Positions 12,036-25,317 of a stretch of 64,000 nucleotides of DNA are shown here, piece by piece; position 1 is the first letter of the stretch, and each line of letters starts with the position of its first letter. The position numbers and the translations under genes were made by a program. The notes beneath the pieces were generated by a model, which saw nothing but the letters and a program-made list of their open reading frames with translations, did not search any database and was not told the origin of the DNA. The DNA is from Trichoplax adhaerens (taxonomy: Eukaryota; Animalia; Placozoa): assembly GCF_000150275.1 (NCBI RefSeq), contig NW_002060943.1, positions 9,017,070 to 9,081,069 of the forward strand, given 5' to 3'.

Positions 12036-15000
12036 CTAAATTATTGCTGGCAAAATCTTTCCACGGCAATCTCCAAATCCAATATGGTAACCATCTCCTT
12101 CACAACGTCCATTTATAATGACTTCATCTCCATCTTGTAAGAATTTGCGCGTTATGCCATTACCAAGATCTAATGGTTTGGTTCCCTTCCAGCTAAGCTC
12201 TAGTAACGAGCCTAACGAGTCCGGAGTCTAAAAAGGATATAATGATATTCAATTACTATAAAAATGTTGGACAATGGTGCAAAGGAATGTAGAACATGAA
12301 TCAACTATATTGCGCTTCAGCGTACAGTTCCGCTTATGGTGCCTGATGCGAGTAAATCCCCAGGTTGAATGTTACATCCAGTTATAGTATGATGAGCAAG
12401 TTGTTGTTTCATTGTCCAATACAAGTACTAAATTTAAAAGAACCAAGGATTACTTCATTATATATAATTCATTGATCTCAATTTAAACGGTGCCATGTAG
12501 TAAACACCTCTGAATATCAATTTTATTAACAAATGAAGGTACCTTCGGATTAGATCGACAGATGACAGCTGGATCGGATAATCCGTCAACTAGAAAGAAA
12601 TAAATCAGATCCACAAAGTTGGTATGGTACTAATGAAAATTCTATATCTACAATTAAGTCTTTGCCAATAGGAGAATCATTATGATACCATTCAAAGAGA
12701 CCGACAAGTTGATATCAAAGCTATAAGGATCATCATGACATAAATAGGGTAATGGCTGAGGATCCTATCATACGTGGAAATGCGATTATCATGTAAATTT
12801 AAAGCTATATATAATTTTACTTCCATGATACTACTGCTTTCAATAGAACAACAAAGGAATACCTGCTGCACATTTTGGCATTTGAAAGGCTCAAGTGCCT
12901 CCATTGTGACAACCCATGGTGAAATTGTAGTTCCAAAATTCTTGCCTAAGAAAGGGCCAAGAGGAACATATTCCCATTTTTGGATATCCCTAGCTAAGAT
13001 ACACATGCATCCGTTAGAACCGACTTGATCAAATCAAAATGGAAGCTAGTTATCGGTGTCATTATAATATAAAAAAAATAGTAAAGGAAATTGATTGTAA
13101 ATCGAGAGACTTTACAGATAGAATATTGTTGCAAAATTATGAAAGTGTTATCTTTTTATAATGTCGTATCGAAGAAAATCAATGACTATTTACCACTCCA
13201 ATCATTCATCAAAACCATTCCGAAGATATGATCGTCCGCCTGGTTTAGAATAATAATGGTAAGCAATAGAAAGAATTACCGAATTCTAACTATAGATATC
13301 GATGCACGGTATACCTTTGCTGATGGAATAGGCTCACCAAGTTTATTACCAGGACCTGTGAAGAATGCCTATGACATCAAAGAAATGATTTCGATTTTTA
13401 ACTGCTCGCTATGTGCTACGCAAATGATAAGTTAAAAATTTATTATTATGCTATATTGGTAACTTGCCATTTCTAGTTCGATATCTAGCAACCTACAGGC
13501 TCCAAATACAGGTGGCTTAGCTAAACCATGGCATCAATGCGGAAGATTTAGCAATCTTATTAAGCATCAATTTTTAGCTATGCAGTCATGTTGCACTTAC
13601 TTTCGTCTGGCCTAGTTTGCCCACATGGTCTTCGAATAGGGGTACCCGAAACGACAACAGATGAAGCACGTCCATGGTAGCCAACAGGCAAATGCACCCT
13701 ATAAAATCGTAGGCAAATCGAATTTTATTGACTACCTTCAGATAACTACAAAAAGTAAATAAGATCTTGACAAAGCTCCTTTTCAAGGTTTAAACAGACC
13801 AGTTCGGCATTAAAGCATTTTCTTTTCCACGAAACATCGTACCAACATTGGTTGCATGTTCACGAGAAGAATAAAAGTCTGTATAGTCGCCGATACGAGA
13901 TGGCAAATGAAGCTGGACGTCAGCCATAGAGTATAAGCATCTTTGTTGCATATACATAAATAATATGTTAGGAATCAGGTTGTACAACACAAGCAAAAAT
14001 CAATGTAAGGCATGATTGAAAAAAATATCCATTAAAGTACGTTCCTACTATAGGGGCTTTAAAACAAACTTACTTTGATCGAAGTTTACCATCATCACGG
14101 ATAATCCCCTACAGTCAACAGTAGAAAATTTTACATTGCAGACTAACAGTGTAGTGTTCCGACAAGACAATAGCAATATGTTATTGCGTGCATAAGCCTA
14201 CTTCATTTGCAGCAAGAAGTCGTTGAATAGTTGCTCTAGCTTCTTTCCAAGCATCGCGGCCCAATCCCATAAATGAATTCAGAGACGACTGTAAGAAAAT
14301 TGGGAATTATTATATACCCGTACAAGGTGATCATTATCGAAGTCATTGGTAAAAGTAGTTTCATTTTAGCTTCTGCAATATCGTGATATAACGGTATTCT
14401 GTTGCACTACACTTAAGAGTACATCAGTAAAAGTGTCCATGTAATCTAAGAATAGCAGCCAATAATAACCTCGTTAAATACAGCAGCATTTTTGCTCATG
14501 ATAGGACCCGTAAATAGATTTTGTACCACGCTGAGATCGAGGACATGCTCTCCAATGGCAACACCTACGCGAGGACGTGCCTGATTGAAATTGTATGATT
14601 GCAAATGGTTAGTGTCAATCCATAATCAATGATTTAAAGTTAAGCATATACAATTGTCATTTATCATTATCGCTGCATTAATATATCATTTCTTTCTTAC
14701 AGTTAATCACTGCCCTAGATCCAAGATACTTTCTAGGATCTATTGCATGATTAATCTACCAACAGTCTTCTCCGTTGTGCATTTATACACAGCCCACTGC
14801 ATAGTAGCTATTATCCTTATGGTAATTTGTAATTGATTGAATAGAAAAAATAAAGTAAACCTGCCTACCTACATGACTACAACACTTTCCGATGATACGG
14901 CACTAGAGTGCAACGATGTAATGACTTATCCTGTAGACAAGCCTATCGGCAATGGGTTCGACATGACTGTACTCTTGAGCAACAAGCGATCACATTTGCT

Positions 15001-15193
15001 GGCAACAGCAGTACACTCAGTACAGTTGTGCGTTGGTCTGACTCCATTGCCCGAAATACGTCTAGCTGAATAATATGTATTTATTGATGGATTGATATCA
15101 AATTAGACTTACGTTATCCTGCGATGTAAAGATGCCGTATGGTAGATTTTGGATAGGAAAGTCGCTATCCTTATGCACATAGAGGAATGACAT
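12036..15193 (-). CDS. FAH: Fumarylacetoacetase (multi-exon)
   Basis: Exons translate to [160 protein letters not shown] and [12 protein letters not shown]. Confidence 0.97.
13369..13467 (-). other. GC-AG intron in FAH
   Basis: The exon ends ...GAACTAGAAATG|GCAAGTT and the next begins CATAG|GCATTCTTCACA. Splicing restores the conserved ELEMAFF. Confidence 0.8.
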
Positions 15194-15289
15194 GTCTGAA
15201 GTCTTCAAAAGTACCCCAATGCTAATAGGCAGAATCAGCAAAAAGCGTGAACGGATTAGCAAGCTGCAAAAGCTGTAAAGTAAAAAGGA

Positions 15290-16205
15290 CAACTGTGTAC
15301 AGTACAGTACCGTACCAGGGCTGGTAAGAGAAATACGGTACAGTACAGTACAGTATAGTACAGTACTGTACTGTACTGTATCACCAGCGAGGGTGCGACT
15401 ATGGGTTCGACATCTTGCAGCGTACAGTACAGTACAGTACAGTACATATGTACAGTACTGTACACTGTATAATACAGTACAGTACTGTACAACAACTACG
15501 GTAAGGCTCACAATGCAAGACTATAGTACCGCACACTGTACTGTACAGTGTACTGTACAGTACTGTACAACAACTGCTGTAAGGCTCACAGTGCAGGACT
15601 ACAGTACGTACAGTACTGTACTGTACAGTGTACAGTACTGTACAGTATTGTACACTGTACAGTACTGTAGAATTTTCTTCTACGCAGTACTGTACTGTAT
15701 CACCAGCGAGAGTGCGACTATGGATTCGACTTGGGGCGACATCTTGCAGCGTACAGTACAGTACATATGTACACTGTACAGTACGTTACACTGTATGGTA
15801 CAGTACAGTACAGTACTGTACTGTACGGTACAACAACTATGGTAAGGCTCACAATGCAGGACTACAGTACTTACTAGCCTACAGTACGTACAGTACAGTA
15901 CTGTACCGTATTGTAGAATTTTCTTCTACGCTCTACGCTGTACTGTAGTCTCTCCTTTTAAGGTCTACTATGATACGCGAGTGGAATACTGTATACTGTA
16001 CTGTACACTAGAGACCCTCTATAGTACAGTACAGTAAAGCTCACAAGGCAGGACTACAGTGCTACAGCACAGTACTTACTAGCCTACAGTAGCCCATACT
16101 GTCAAGGAAGTACTGTAGAATTGACTGTACACTGTAGTCTCTCCTTTTAAGGTCTCTACTACATCTTACAGTACACTAACTGTTATACTGTACAGTGTAC
16201 AGTAT
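15290..16205. promoter_or_regulatory. (CAGTA/TACTG)n island with internal duplications; candidate bidirectional promoter FAH <-> FOPNL
   Basis: Dense tacag/ctgta pentamers between the divergent ATGs at 15193 (-) and 16251 (+), with duplicated modules at 15368-15530 and 15686-15870. Confidence 0.75.
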
Positions 16206-16250
16206 ATTAGTGATATATCGCCAGTTGATTGGACAGACAATATTGGCGGG

Positions 16251-17991
16251 ATGGCAAACGTGGACGAGTTGACGAATGGTTTGTGCATTATAGAATAGAT
16301 TATAGATTATATATGTCATATATACTGTATGTATATTAATACGATATAGACCTACAGTAGATATTGTGTATATTTATTTATGAAACTAAAAAATTCAATT
16401 TCATTCAGGTTCAATTTATCAGCTGTCAGCTAACTAAGCAACTATACCATACAATATATAGCAATGGACAACAAATGAAATGATTAGAAATAGAATTTGC
16501 TTTTAATTGACGCTCATTATGTTATTATTGACAGTGCTTTGGTATACTGTACCTATACACGTATTTCATCAGATACGTAGTTTCGTGGAGGACGATGCTT
16601 ACATTGTAGAAAGAGATAGCTGCATCAGGGTAGCAACAGCATTAGCAAGTTATAATATATATCTTAAACTTTATTTACAATAGTGGTGAAGGACACGCTG
16701 GTGAATCGAGGTGTTTTAGGCCAATTAAAAGCAAGGATAAGAGCAGAAGTCTACAAAGCTTTAGACAATCAGGTTAGATCAGCCCCCGTTCAATTGCTGA
16801 TGGCTACACTATTATACACTTACTGTATACTACATGTACGCATTCCAGTACATGGTCATTTTTATTTTATATCAACTTACAATGAAGTAACTTAGCAATG
16901 TCGAGTATCTTGGATACGTATTTTAATTAATTAGTATAATCAACTTTTAACATGACAAAGCTCGTCAATCTTGTATCTACTGTATTATCTTTATAAGTCT
17001 GAAACTACAGCTATTTATGCGACACTAGGAGGTACCAAAGCCAAAGCTGCCTGCCGAAAATGTTTTAATAAACGAATTAATCAGGGAATATCTGGAATAT
17101 AATAACTACAAGTACACCGAATCGGTGCTGATAGCTGGTAATTTCAACTCTTACTTTTCTAGTAGTCCACAACTTACAGTAGTAAATGTACACACGCCCT
17201 TTGCAACAGATTTCACACAAGTTTAGCAATTAATGAATTATACACAGAAATGATTGTAACTGATAGTTAATTTAGGCCATAATTGGCACTACGACTATGT
17301 AGTCATACTGAAAATGTAGACGTCTAAACTGTTTGATGTTACTTCAACTTCTCTTTATGCTACTAGAATCTGATCAGCCGCAAAAATCACTAGGTAGAAG
17401 TTTCGTTATGGATGAACTAAATATTGCTCAGGATATGCTCGAACCTAGCGGTAGAATGTAAGTTCATCCCTTGCTGACGTTACTCATAAGCTAACTACAG
17501 TATATGGATATGATTGTAGTTTTCTAATACTTGACCCAATTCTATAGGCCTTTGTTGTACAACATTATATCTTATTTTATGAAAGTAAAACCGTTTCATG
17601 AACACTCAACCGATGAAGGAGTTTTAGGAAATAGACAGAATGCTTATAAAATCCTAGGTAGGCTAAAATTGAATGCCAAACGTCATGCGAATATAAATAT
17701 CGATTAAATACTCCAATTAATGTAGTGTTGAATCGAATGAATCATAGTATATACTCTACACAGAACTCATCCTGTTTGTAATATGTTAATAATATCATGC
17801 TAATTTTATTGACTATGCACCTGACGGTGGAATAACGTTCTTAGTTACTAGTTAGTAGCGATTTATCATTATAGTAATGCCTTAAAATGTATGACATTTA
17901 TTATTTAGGAGGTCAAACGAGAGATGAAACCTCATCGGATCTTCATTCTTTCAGTCGCTTAGGGCCTTCCACTATAAGTAATAATAATTAG
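16251..17991 (+). CDS. FOPNL: FOP N-terminal-like / centrosomal protein 20 (FOR20), LisH-type, 6 coding exons
   Basis: MANVDELTN-VVKDTLVNRGVLGQLKARIRAEVYKALD-EVPKPKLPAENVLINELIREYLEYNNYKYTESVLIAES...PLLYNII matches the FOPNL/CEP20 pattern (LKDTLEKKGVLGHLKARIRAEVF; ENLLINELIREYLEFNKYKYTASVL). Exon phases are consistent through to TAG 17989-17991. Confidence 0.92.
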
Positions 17992-18925
17992 GGGTAACCA
18001 GCATTGTTAGATTGATAATACGAATAAGTAAATGTAAAAATTGTTATACTGTTGTACATTTTTAAGCTTTTCGTGACGCACTTCTCATTTGTTTGAGTTT
18101 TGGTCATTACATGTACATGTACATTCCCTGATATTATTCAAGTTCTAGACACAATTATACGTGTGTCGTTATAGTAAATACCTAGAATGTGCGCGAATAT
18201 GTACCTAAAAGTTTGCAGTAAACGCACTGGTTATTATTAAGCAATGATGGAAAACCTTGAAAAATTTTAGCTATTTTTAATCTTTCGCTAATTTAAATTT
18301 ATTTACTATCTTAACATTAATTTTTTTTTCAATATTGTCTTGATGTAAAACTTATAATGCACGTAAAAAATTGCCGTATTGTTATCATAAGACGTGAAAG
18401 TCGATAGCTCAATACAATTTCACCCACGAAAGAGTGAAATTCTGCTACATTGAAATACATCAATAGAGTTATTCAACTGTTGTGGAATAATACTGTAGCT
18501 TACAATGGAAAGCCGATGAAAGGTGTTCGATTGACTGCAGTTAGTTTCGTCTTTAGTTACGCAACCTTCTGAAATTAAACTTTTTGCAACGCTTACGAAT
18601 TGATTTCTTGAACGCTTTTAAATGTATGCCTTTTAGGCCAAATCTAAAAAGTAGCAAATGCATGCAAATAACTGCTTTCATTACTACTACATCATCCCAT
18701 ATCTTCAGATTCCGGGGCAATGGTGCCTTACCAAGATAACAATTAATGTTAATATCTTTTTCAATAGTTATCTGAAGGCAGATAGTAACGTTGCATCCTT
18801 CTTAAAGCATGTTCAATTATAAATCGTTTTAATATTTACTTATCAATAGTTTACAATAATACATTAACATCGAAAATTTAAAGGAAAGATAATGTTGAGT
18901 GAATACAGCAAAAAAAATATTAAGT

Positions 18926-21853
18926 TTAAGGTTTCCACAAACGAAGCTGACAATCTTCACTGAATGTGCAAATGATATTTTGATGCGGATGATGCTCCAC
19001 TCCAATAACATCCTTGTCGTGTGCCTAATTGACCAATATTCACTATCTTTAGTTTGGTGTTATTGAAATAATAATTGCAATCAATCTCAAAACTGTAGCT
19101 TACCGTTAAAGTTCCTTCAAGCTTACCGCTTGTAGCATTAAAAAAGTACAACACTTTATCTTCACCTATACAATAAATCCACTCTCCTCTTGGGGATACA
19201 GAACAACACATAAAATCTCCACCTTCGCGTTTACCTGACGTAAAGCTACGAATAATCTAAGTATAAACATCATGCATAACTCGTTAATACCACTTGTAAG
19301 TACATTTAATTATAATTATAGATAATAAGCCAATCGATGAGTATAAATAGCAATGTACATACCTGTCCTTGAATATTCATAATCAATACAGTACTAGTAC
19401 GGCTGCACACAATAAATTGATCCACGCTACGAGGTAACAAAGCTACGGAATTTATTGTAATTTCTGTAGTGACATTGCCGATTGCAGGCTTGATAGTATT
19501 AAGGCATTCCGTTGTTTTCGTACTCCAAATCTACAGTTTTATTAAAATATGATAACAGAAATAACGTATCAGCTGCTAAGCAAAACATTAAAAGACGCAA
19601 CTTGGAAGGCCTACTTTAACGGTGCCATCGCTACTTGCACTAATAATTTGATGCCCGTCAGCACTGTAAATAGCTTTATTCACGAACGACGTATGACCGC
19701 GAAACTCTTTCAAAGTTTTCCCAGATTTCAAGCCATGAATTCTAAATGCGATTTGTTTAATTAAAATTTATCATCAGTTAATAAAATCTATTGCAATGAT
19801 TACAATATTAGCAGTTTACCTAATTGCTTGATCAAACGATGCACTAAGCAATTGGCTTGAATCTCGAGAAAAACATAGTGATGTAACGCCTTTTGTATGT
19901 GCATGCTCAAACCTTCTCAGGCATTGACCACTTTGTAGTTTCCAGACCTACGTGAACATGATACAGTCTATTTAGCAGTTATCTACAACACTGTAAACCG
20001 CCTCTAATTATAGCTATTCTCAAATTAAGCCTGATATTCGAAACTTTCTTACCTTGATCTTACCCCCTTGACTACCAGTAGCTAGCATCTCGCTATCTCT
20101 GCTAAAGCATAGGCACAATACCGCGTCGTTCATGAGCATAAAGTTGTTCTAATTGAATGATATAAATGAAACTCAATAACCCTAAAAATAAAATTGTACC
20201 TTAGTTGATGATCGAAACCGTATTACCTCAGCTTGATATTTTAAATCTTTCCTTATCTTTCCAGTGACGAAATTCCAGACTTCAATAAATCCATCAATTG
20301 TACCAGTGACCAAATATTGCCCGTCAGGTGAGAAACAAGCGCACTCTACCAGGGACTTTTGTCCAAACTGCGTTAAAAATATTTTAGCGTACGAACAGAA
20401 GGTATTAGAGAATCATTACAAAAGCTCATGAAATTGCATAAAGAATGCAGCTTAATCAGACCTTGATAGTACGATTTAATTGTGTAGGGTATTTCTCCTC
20501 TTCTTCTCCTTTTACAGATGCCTTTCCCCTGAAAACATCAATAGACGTACCAGGAGGTAGCAATCCCTGATGTTGTTGCCATTTGAGAGCCTGACCAATT
20601 AAAGCTAACAATCTAGATGGAGGAACCACCGTAACTTCGCTAGATAGGGCTGAATTTCAGATTCAAAGTTTAGTATCAAAGTATAAAAATTTATTTAAGA
20701 ATATATCAATGTGTAAAACCTTGAGCTATAGCATGTCTTCTTTTTTCTTTGCTACTGCCATCAGGATAAGCCTTTAATTATTAAAAATATAAAATATACA
20801 ATGAAGCCTAAAGAAAATACAGTACAGCAAGAACATACGGGTATACTAAACAAAGTACTACTGGTAGTATAACATTGATATTGATACAACACTTGCAATG
20901 ATTCATACTTCTTTAGAGTCAAAGTAAGGGCGTGCCAATAAATTTTCTAAGTATAAATATCTATCCGGTTGCTGATCCTTAAGCTTAATCATTGGATCAG
21001 TTTGACGCAGCAATGAGCGAGCCGCTCCAAGTTCTCTCATTTCAATAAGGTCTATGACAATCTGTACAATGCATTCGTTAAAAATCCTTCTTTCTATAGG
21101 CCATGTTTCATTTCATTTACAAATACAGTAATTTATAATTTATACTATAGTAAAAGTGTCGATATAAACAGTACAATCATGAATACTTTTTATTTATTAC
21201 CTGCTCGTATAGGTCAATTAACTTCTTATCCGACAAGCGCAGTGACTGAATAGCCTGAAGGACGCTATCCCAGTGTCCATTATGAATTTCTGAAACAAAA
21301 CTTTCCACACTGTCTACGGTGTTGAGAGCAATTGCCGATTCCTCCTACACATAGTGCATAGACGTATTACCGACTGCAATAAAAGCTTTAATACGTACTT
21401 TAGATATAGCATCTACTGAAACTTTTCGAAATTTATTTGCATAACTAAAACATGAAAGTGTTACGCGCAATTACTAGTACGAGAAGTTAATTTATATAGA
21501 TACGTAGGCAGTCAATGTCGAGGATATTTATCAACGTTAAGGAAAACAGTAAGATACACGTAGCTACTTCATACCTGTAATGTTGCCAAAGAGCGTAGCA
21601 GATTATTCTCCTTTAGGTACTGTTGGATAAGCCGAATGACGCTGCAATACGTATGCATATCATCAATTGAAAATAGATACGCATTATAAAACATACATCT
21701 CGATATTTTTGCATTGCAAATAGAACTTCAATATAAATAAACTATACTGTACTGGAGTATGCTATAGATATACTTAAGCATTCTATAAAATACAAAAGAA
21801 GATCATTTGAAGCAGGTGCATACTAACTCGGTTGACTCAACTTCCAATGCCAT
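18926..21853 (-). CDS. SMU1: WD40-repeat spliceosomal protein SMU1
   Basis: [23 protein letters not shown]...[10 protein letters not shown]...GHWDSVL...[16 protein letters not shown]...[27 protein letters not shown]...[11 protein letters not shown]...[11 protein letters not shown]...GKREGGDF...LRLWKP*. Confidence 0.97.
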
Positions 21854-22009
21854 TCTGAAATTTCAATCAGTGTTCAGTCTTAGTGCTCCGATATCTGAAC
21901 TGTAAATTAAGTTAATCCAAGGAACTTTTTATTTTACCGTTAATAAATTAATTACAAAAAATACAGTGCTGTAAATAGCGCTGTAATGATTAAAATGTTC
22001 TAATAAAAT

Positions 22010-23030
22010 GCAGTACGTACAGTATAGGGAAATAGCAGCGTGGACTCCTGATGACTCGCACAACTGCTGCTACTAATGTACTGTCGAGGTTTACGAGGTA
22101 GAGTACAGTAGACTAATACTGTAACGTAATTTAGTGCACTTGTACGGCTCAGCTCAATCAATGTACAGTACTGTATGTAGACCTGAGAAAGGTTCGGTCC
22201 GGTTCGGTTCAATACCTTTATGATCTACAGTATGTTTGTACAGTATGTACTGTACAGTACGATAGTACGATAGTTTATGATACTGGTACTGTACAGTACT
22301 GTACACTGTGTACAGTACAGTATGGAGAACAAATACAGAACGTACTGAACTGTACGAAACCTACAGTACAGTACGCAGTGATATCGTAGAATAGTACTGT
22401 ACTGTCAGTCAGTCAGTCAGTATGGTTTGTCTATACGAAACCTACAGTACCGCACAGTACACCGTGATATCGTAGAATAGTCAGTGTACTGTACTGTACT
22501 TGTCAGTCAGTCAGTCAGTCAGTACGGTTTGTCGCTAACCGTGTACTGTTCAACATCTTACAAACGCCATACTGTACAATGAAGCGTTTTGTAATGTGAT
22601 CCATCTAAAATTATCCAATCGTTCAATGCGTTAGCGTTATCGGTAGCGCAAAGCTACGTCATAGATTGATCTTTACTGTTAGGGATGTTATTGGTCTTGT
22701 TTTCTTGGAGTAATCATGCCCAGATTAGTGAGTCAATACTGACCATCGACCAGGGACTTCTAAAGACTAATATAGTATTAGACTTACTGTACAAGTCTCT
22801 GGCCGGATACTGTACTGGAATTTTCTTTATTAAGTCCGAATACAGTACAGTACAGTATAAATACTACTGTACACTCAGTGTACAGTATAATACTACAGTA
22901 CTGTACACTGTACAGTAGTCACAGAGGTAAGAAAAAAACCCCCGTACTTTATTGTACTGTTCTGTGTACAGTACGGTAGTGGTCACGAGTGTACTGTGCA
23001 CTGTAAAGTACAGTACTTATTACTGTAAGC
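22010..23030. promoter_or_regulatory. (CAGTA/TACTG)n island; candidate bidirectional promoter SMU1 <-> LRMDA-like
   Basis: Dense pentamer runs between the ATGs at 21853 (-) and 23226 (+). Contains (GGTTC)n, (CAGT)n and an ~80-100-bp tandem duplication. Confidence 0.75.
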
Positions 23031-23225
23031 GACGGACATCGGGGTGGCTGGAACTTTCGTAATCCAAAGTTAAACATTATAAAACGTAGCCATTATTATA
23101 TTGACAAAGTTTCATAGTAACGATTACGAAAGTAATGCAGAAGGAGAGCAGCCCATATTCGTTACAGGAACTGTCCTTGTTGATGATGATCGTCATAGCC
23201 TTGTAGTACAGTAAAGTAGAAATAG

Positions 23226-25317
23226 ATGGAAGGTGAAAGACTGTCACTCGCCTATAAACATCTCAAAAAAATTCCGGAAAAATCGTTAAAAAACTTTGAA
23301 GATAAGCTGATCCATCTTGATTTAAGCCACAACAAGATCTCGTATCCTTTACATTGTATACGTTTCTAGTAACTTGAACTAATTATAAGTACAATGAATA
23401 CTTCGATTATACTTACGTTATGTTTATATTCGTCATAGCTATTGCGACACTTTATTAAGAAACAATACTGTGATAGATACAGTACGCGACTTCACCTTGA
23501 GAGATGATTACTTTCTATTTCATGCTATGAGAATTGCTGTAAACTTAAATTTTTCCAATCCATGAAAGAGAATGACGCAACTACTTTCTGCACAAAATAG
23601 TTTTATTTAAATATCAATTATTTATGACCAGCCAACTGCCACACTACCTCTCCTCACTTTCTGCCTTTCAACTTGATCGGTAAATCTATCTTATCGCAAC
23701 TGACCAGTGATCTCTCCACTAAATTGAGAAATCAGGCATTACAGTACTGAAGCACTACTTCAGTTTTCATTAAAGTCATTTACTATGATTTACAAATTCA
23801 TGGACTATTAAATACTAGTTGAATCCCGCTCATGATACAATACTTCGTGTACATGTACTGCTATGTTTTAAGATGAATCCACACTAAAGGTAAAGTACTT
23901 TAAAATTCGCTAGACGATCACGATTGATTTACTGGATTAGCCTATCACCGTTTGCAGGCGTTTCCAACTAGTAATAACTAAACACAGTATAATCGAAGAA
24001 AGCGCGTTCCTAGGCTCGTAAACAGTTGTAGTCCTTAGATCACCTAAGGGTACTTACAGGACTTTGCCCTAAGATGAAGCTCAACTTTACAATTTTGCCA
24101 TATTGGCATATTTATTGACTAGAATTGAACATGTACTGTACAACTGTGCAAGCACGTTACTATCCTAATCCCTGGCCGTTGATTATACACTAATATACAG
24201 TATTTGATACTTGCTAACTTAAACGAATGCAACTCTCAAGTATCAATTTTCATTAAATGAATGTGACCATAAATTCATCTAGAGGTAATTATCCGTCTTG
24301 CATACAAAATTATACAAATTACTTACTTAAAAGATATAAAAGTATAGGTATGGTAGCTAGAGATTAGGACAAGTATCCGATTTATCGTGTGTTTCTAAAT
24401 AAGTCGTGTAGCCTAAATGCTGTTGTACGTTCAAAATTCAGTAACAGAGACAAGCACTTTCTTTAACTTTGCAACTTCTTAAAATCTAGCGATCTTAGAA
24501 TCTTGGTACGTTTGAAGCAGCTTAGAATTCTAATTCTTGATCATAATCATATAAATTCTCAAATACAGTTTCCGAGTCATGAAATGCTAAACACCCTTTG
24601 GGTCAACCATAATGAGATAGGTTGGTGTGCCAGTGCCGTGCTGTATATTTTGTTTGCAATATTAGAGTATTCAAGACCTAGTTTCGTCTTCAATATTAGC
24701 AATTACATCAAGTAATAAATTCACTGATTTTTGAATGGATATTCCATTTAACGGCTTTAATTATGATAAAGATACTTTACTAAATTCACTAGTCGTACTA
24801 ACAATATTCATAAATTTTGGGGTTGATATAATTAGAAAATTTAAGCATATTCATCGAAAAAATCGCCAAGGCATTTCCTAACTTGAAATATCTGAGCATG
24901 ATGAACAACCAGGCTGCTCCCAGTTACTTTAATGGTGGCACTTTGTACCAGTATACAGATTACAGGTAAAAGTATGTAACAGTCTCAAAATAGTTATAAA
25001 GTTGTGTATAGCAAACCTTAAATGTACAATGTACATGTTCCCGTATGTGTTATAATGATTTGTTGGATAAAGGGCACTTTTCGTACTTTATCGGTGGTAA
25101 ACTGTATACAATTTGTTGTACTATTTATGTTATCGGTACTGAACTTCATTACTAATCACAACACAGACAGTACACCATCAGTCATCTTCCGAAACTTCTG
25201 GCTCTAGATGATATCACCATTACTGACGAGGAAAGATTTAAAGCGGAACAGATTTATGGCAAGATAAGGTTTGATAGCTCAAAGAAAATGGATACCCGCG
25301 GCTATATTGACGCTTGA
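23226..25317 (+). CDS. Small leucine-rich-repeat protein, LRMDA (C10orf11)-like, 4 coding exons
   Basis: [17 protein letters not shown]...[30 protein letters not shown]...[14 protein letters not shown]...[22 protein letters not shown]...[17 protein letters not shown]: LRRs plus an LRRcap motif (YRxxvixxLPxLxxLD). Confidence 0.8.
23342..24489 (+). other. U12-type (minor spliceosome) GT-AG intron
   Basis: 5' splice site GTATCCTTT (full U12 consensus) and branch-site-like TTCTTTAAC at 24459-24467. Splicing restores KISDLRIL. Confidence 0.85.

Noticed and set aside
15098-15948. Overlapping ORFs rich in YSTVQYCTVL on both strands (also 22685-22918, 33188-33571, 42322-42604, 61128-61497)
   Set aside because: These are translations of the CAGTA/TACTG repeat, which lacks stop codons. 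Only the FAH exon-1 part (ATG 15193) is supported as coding.
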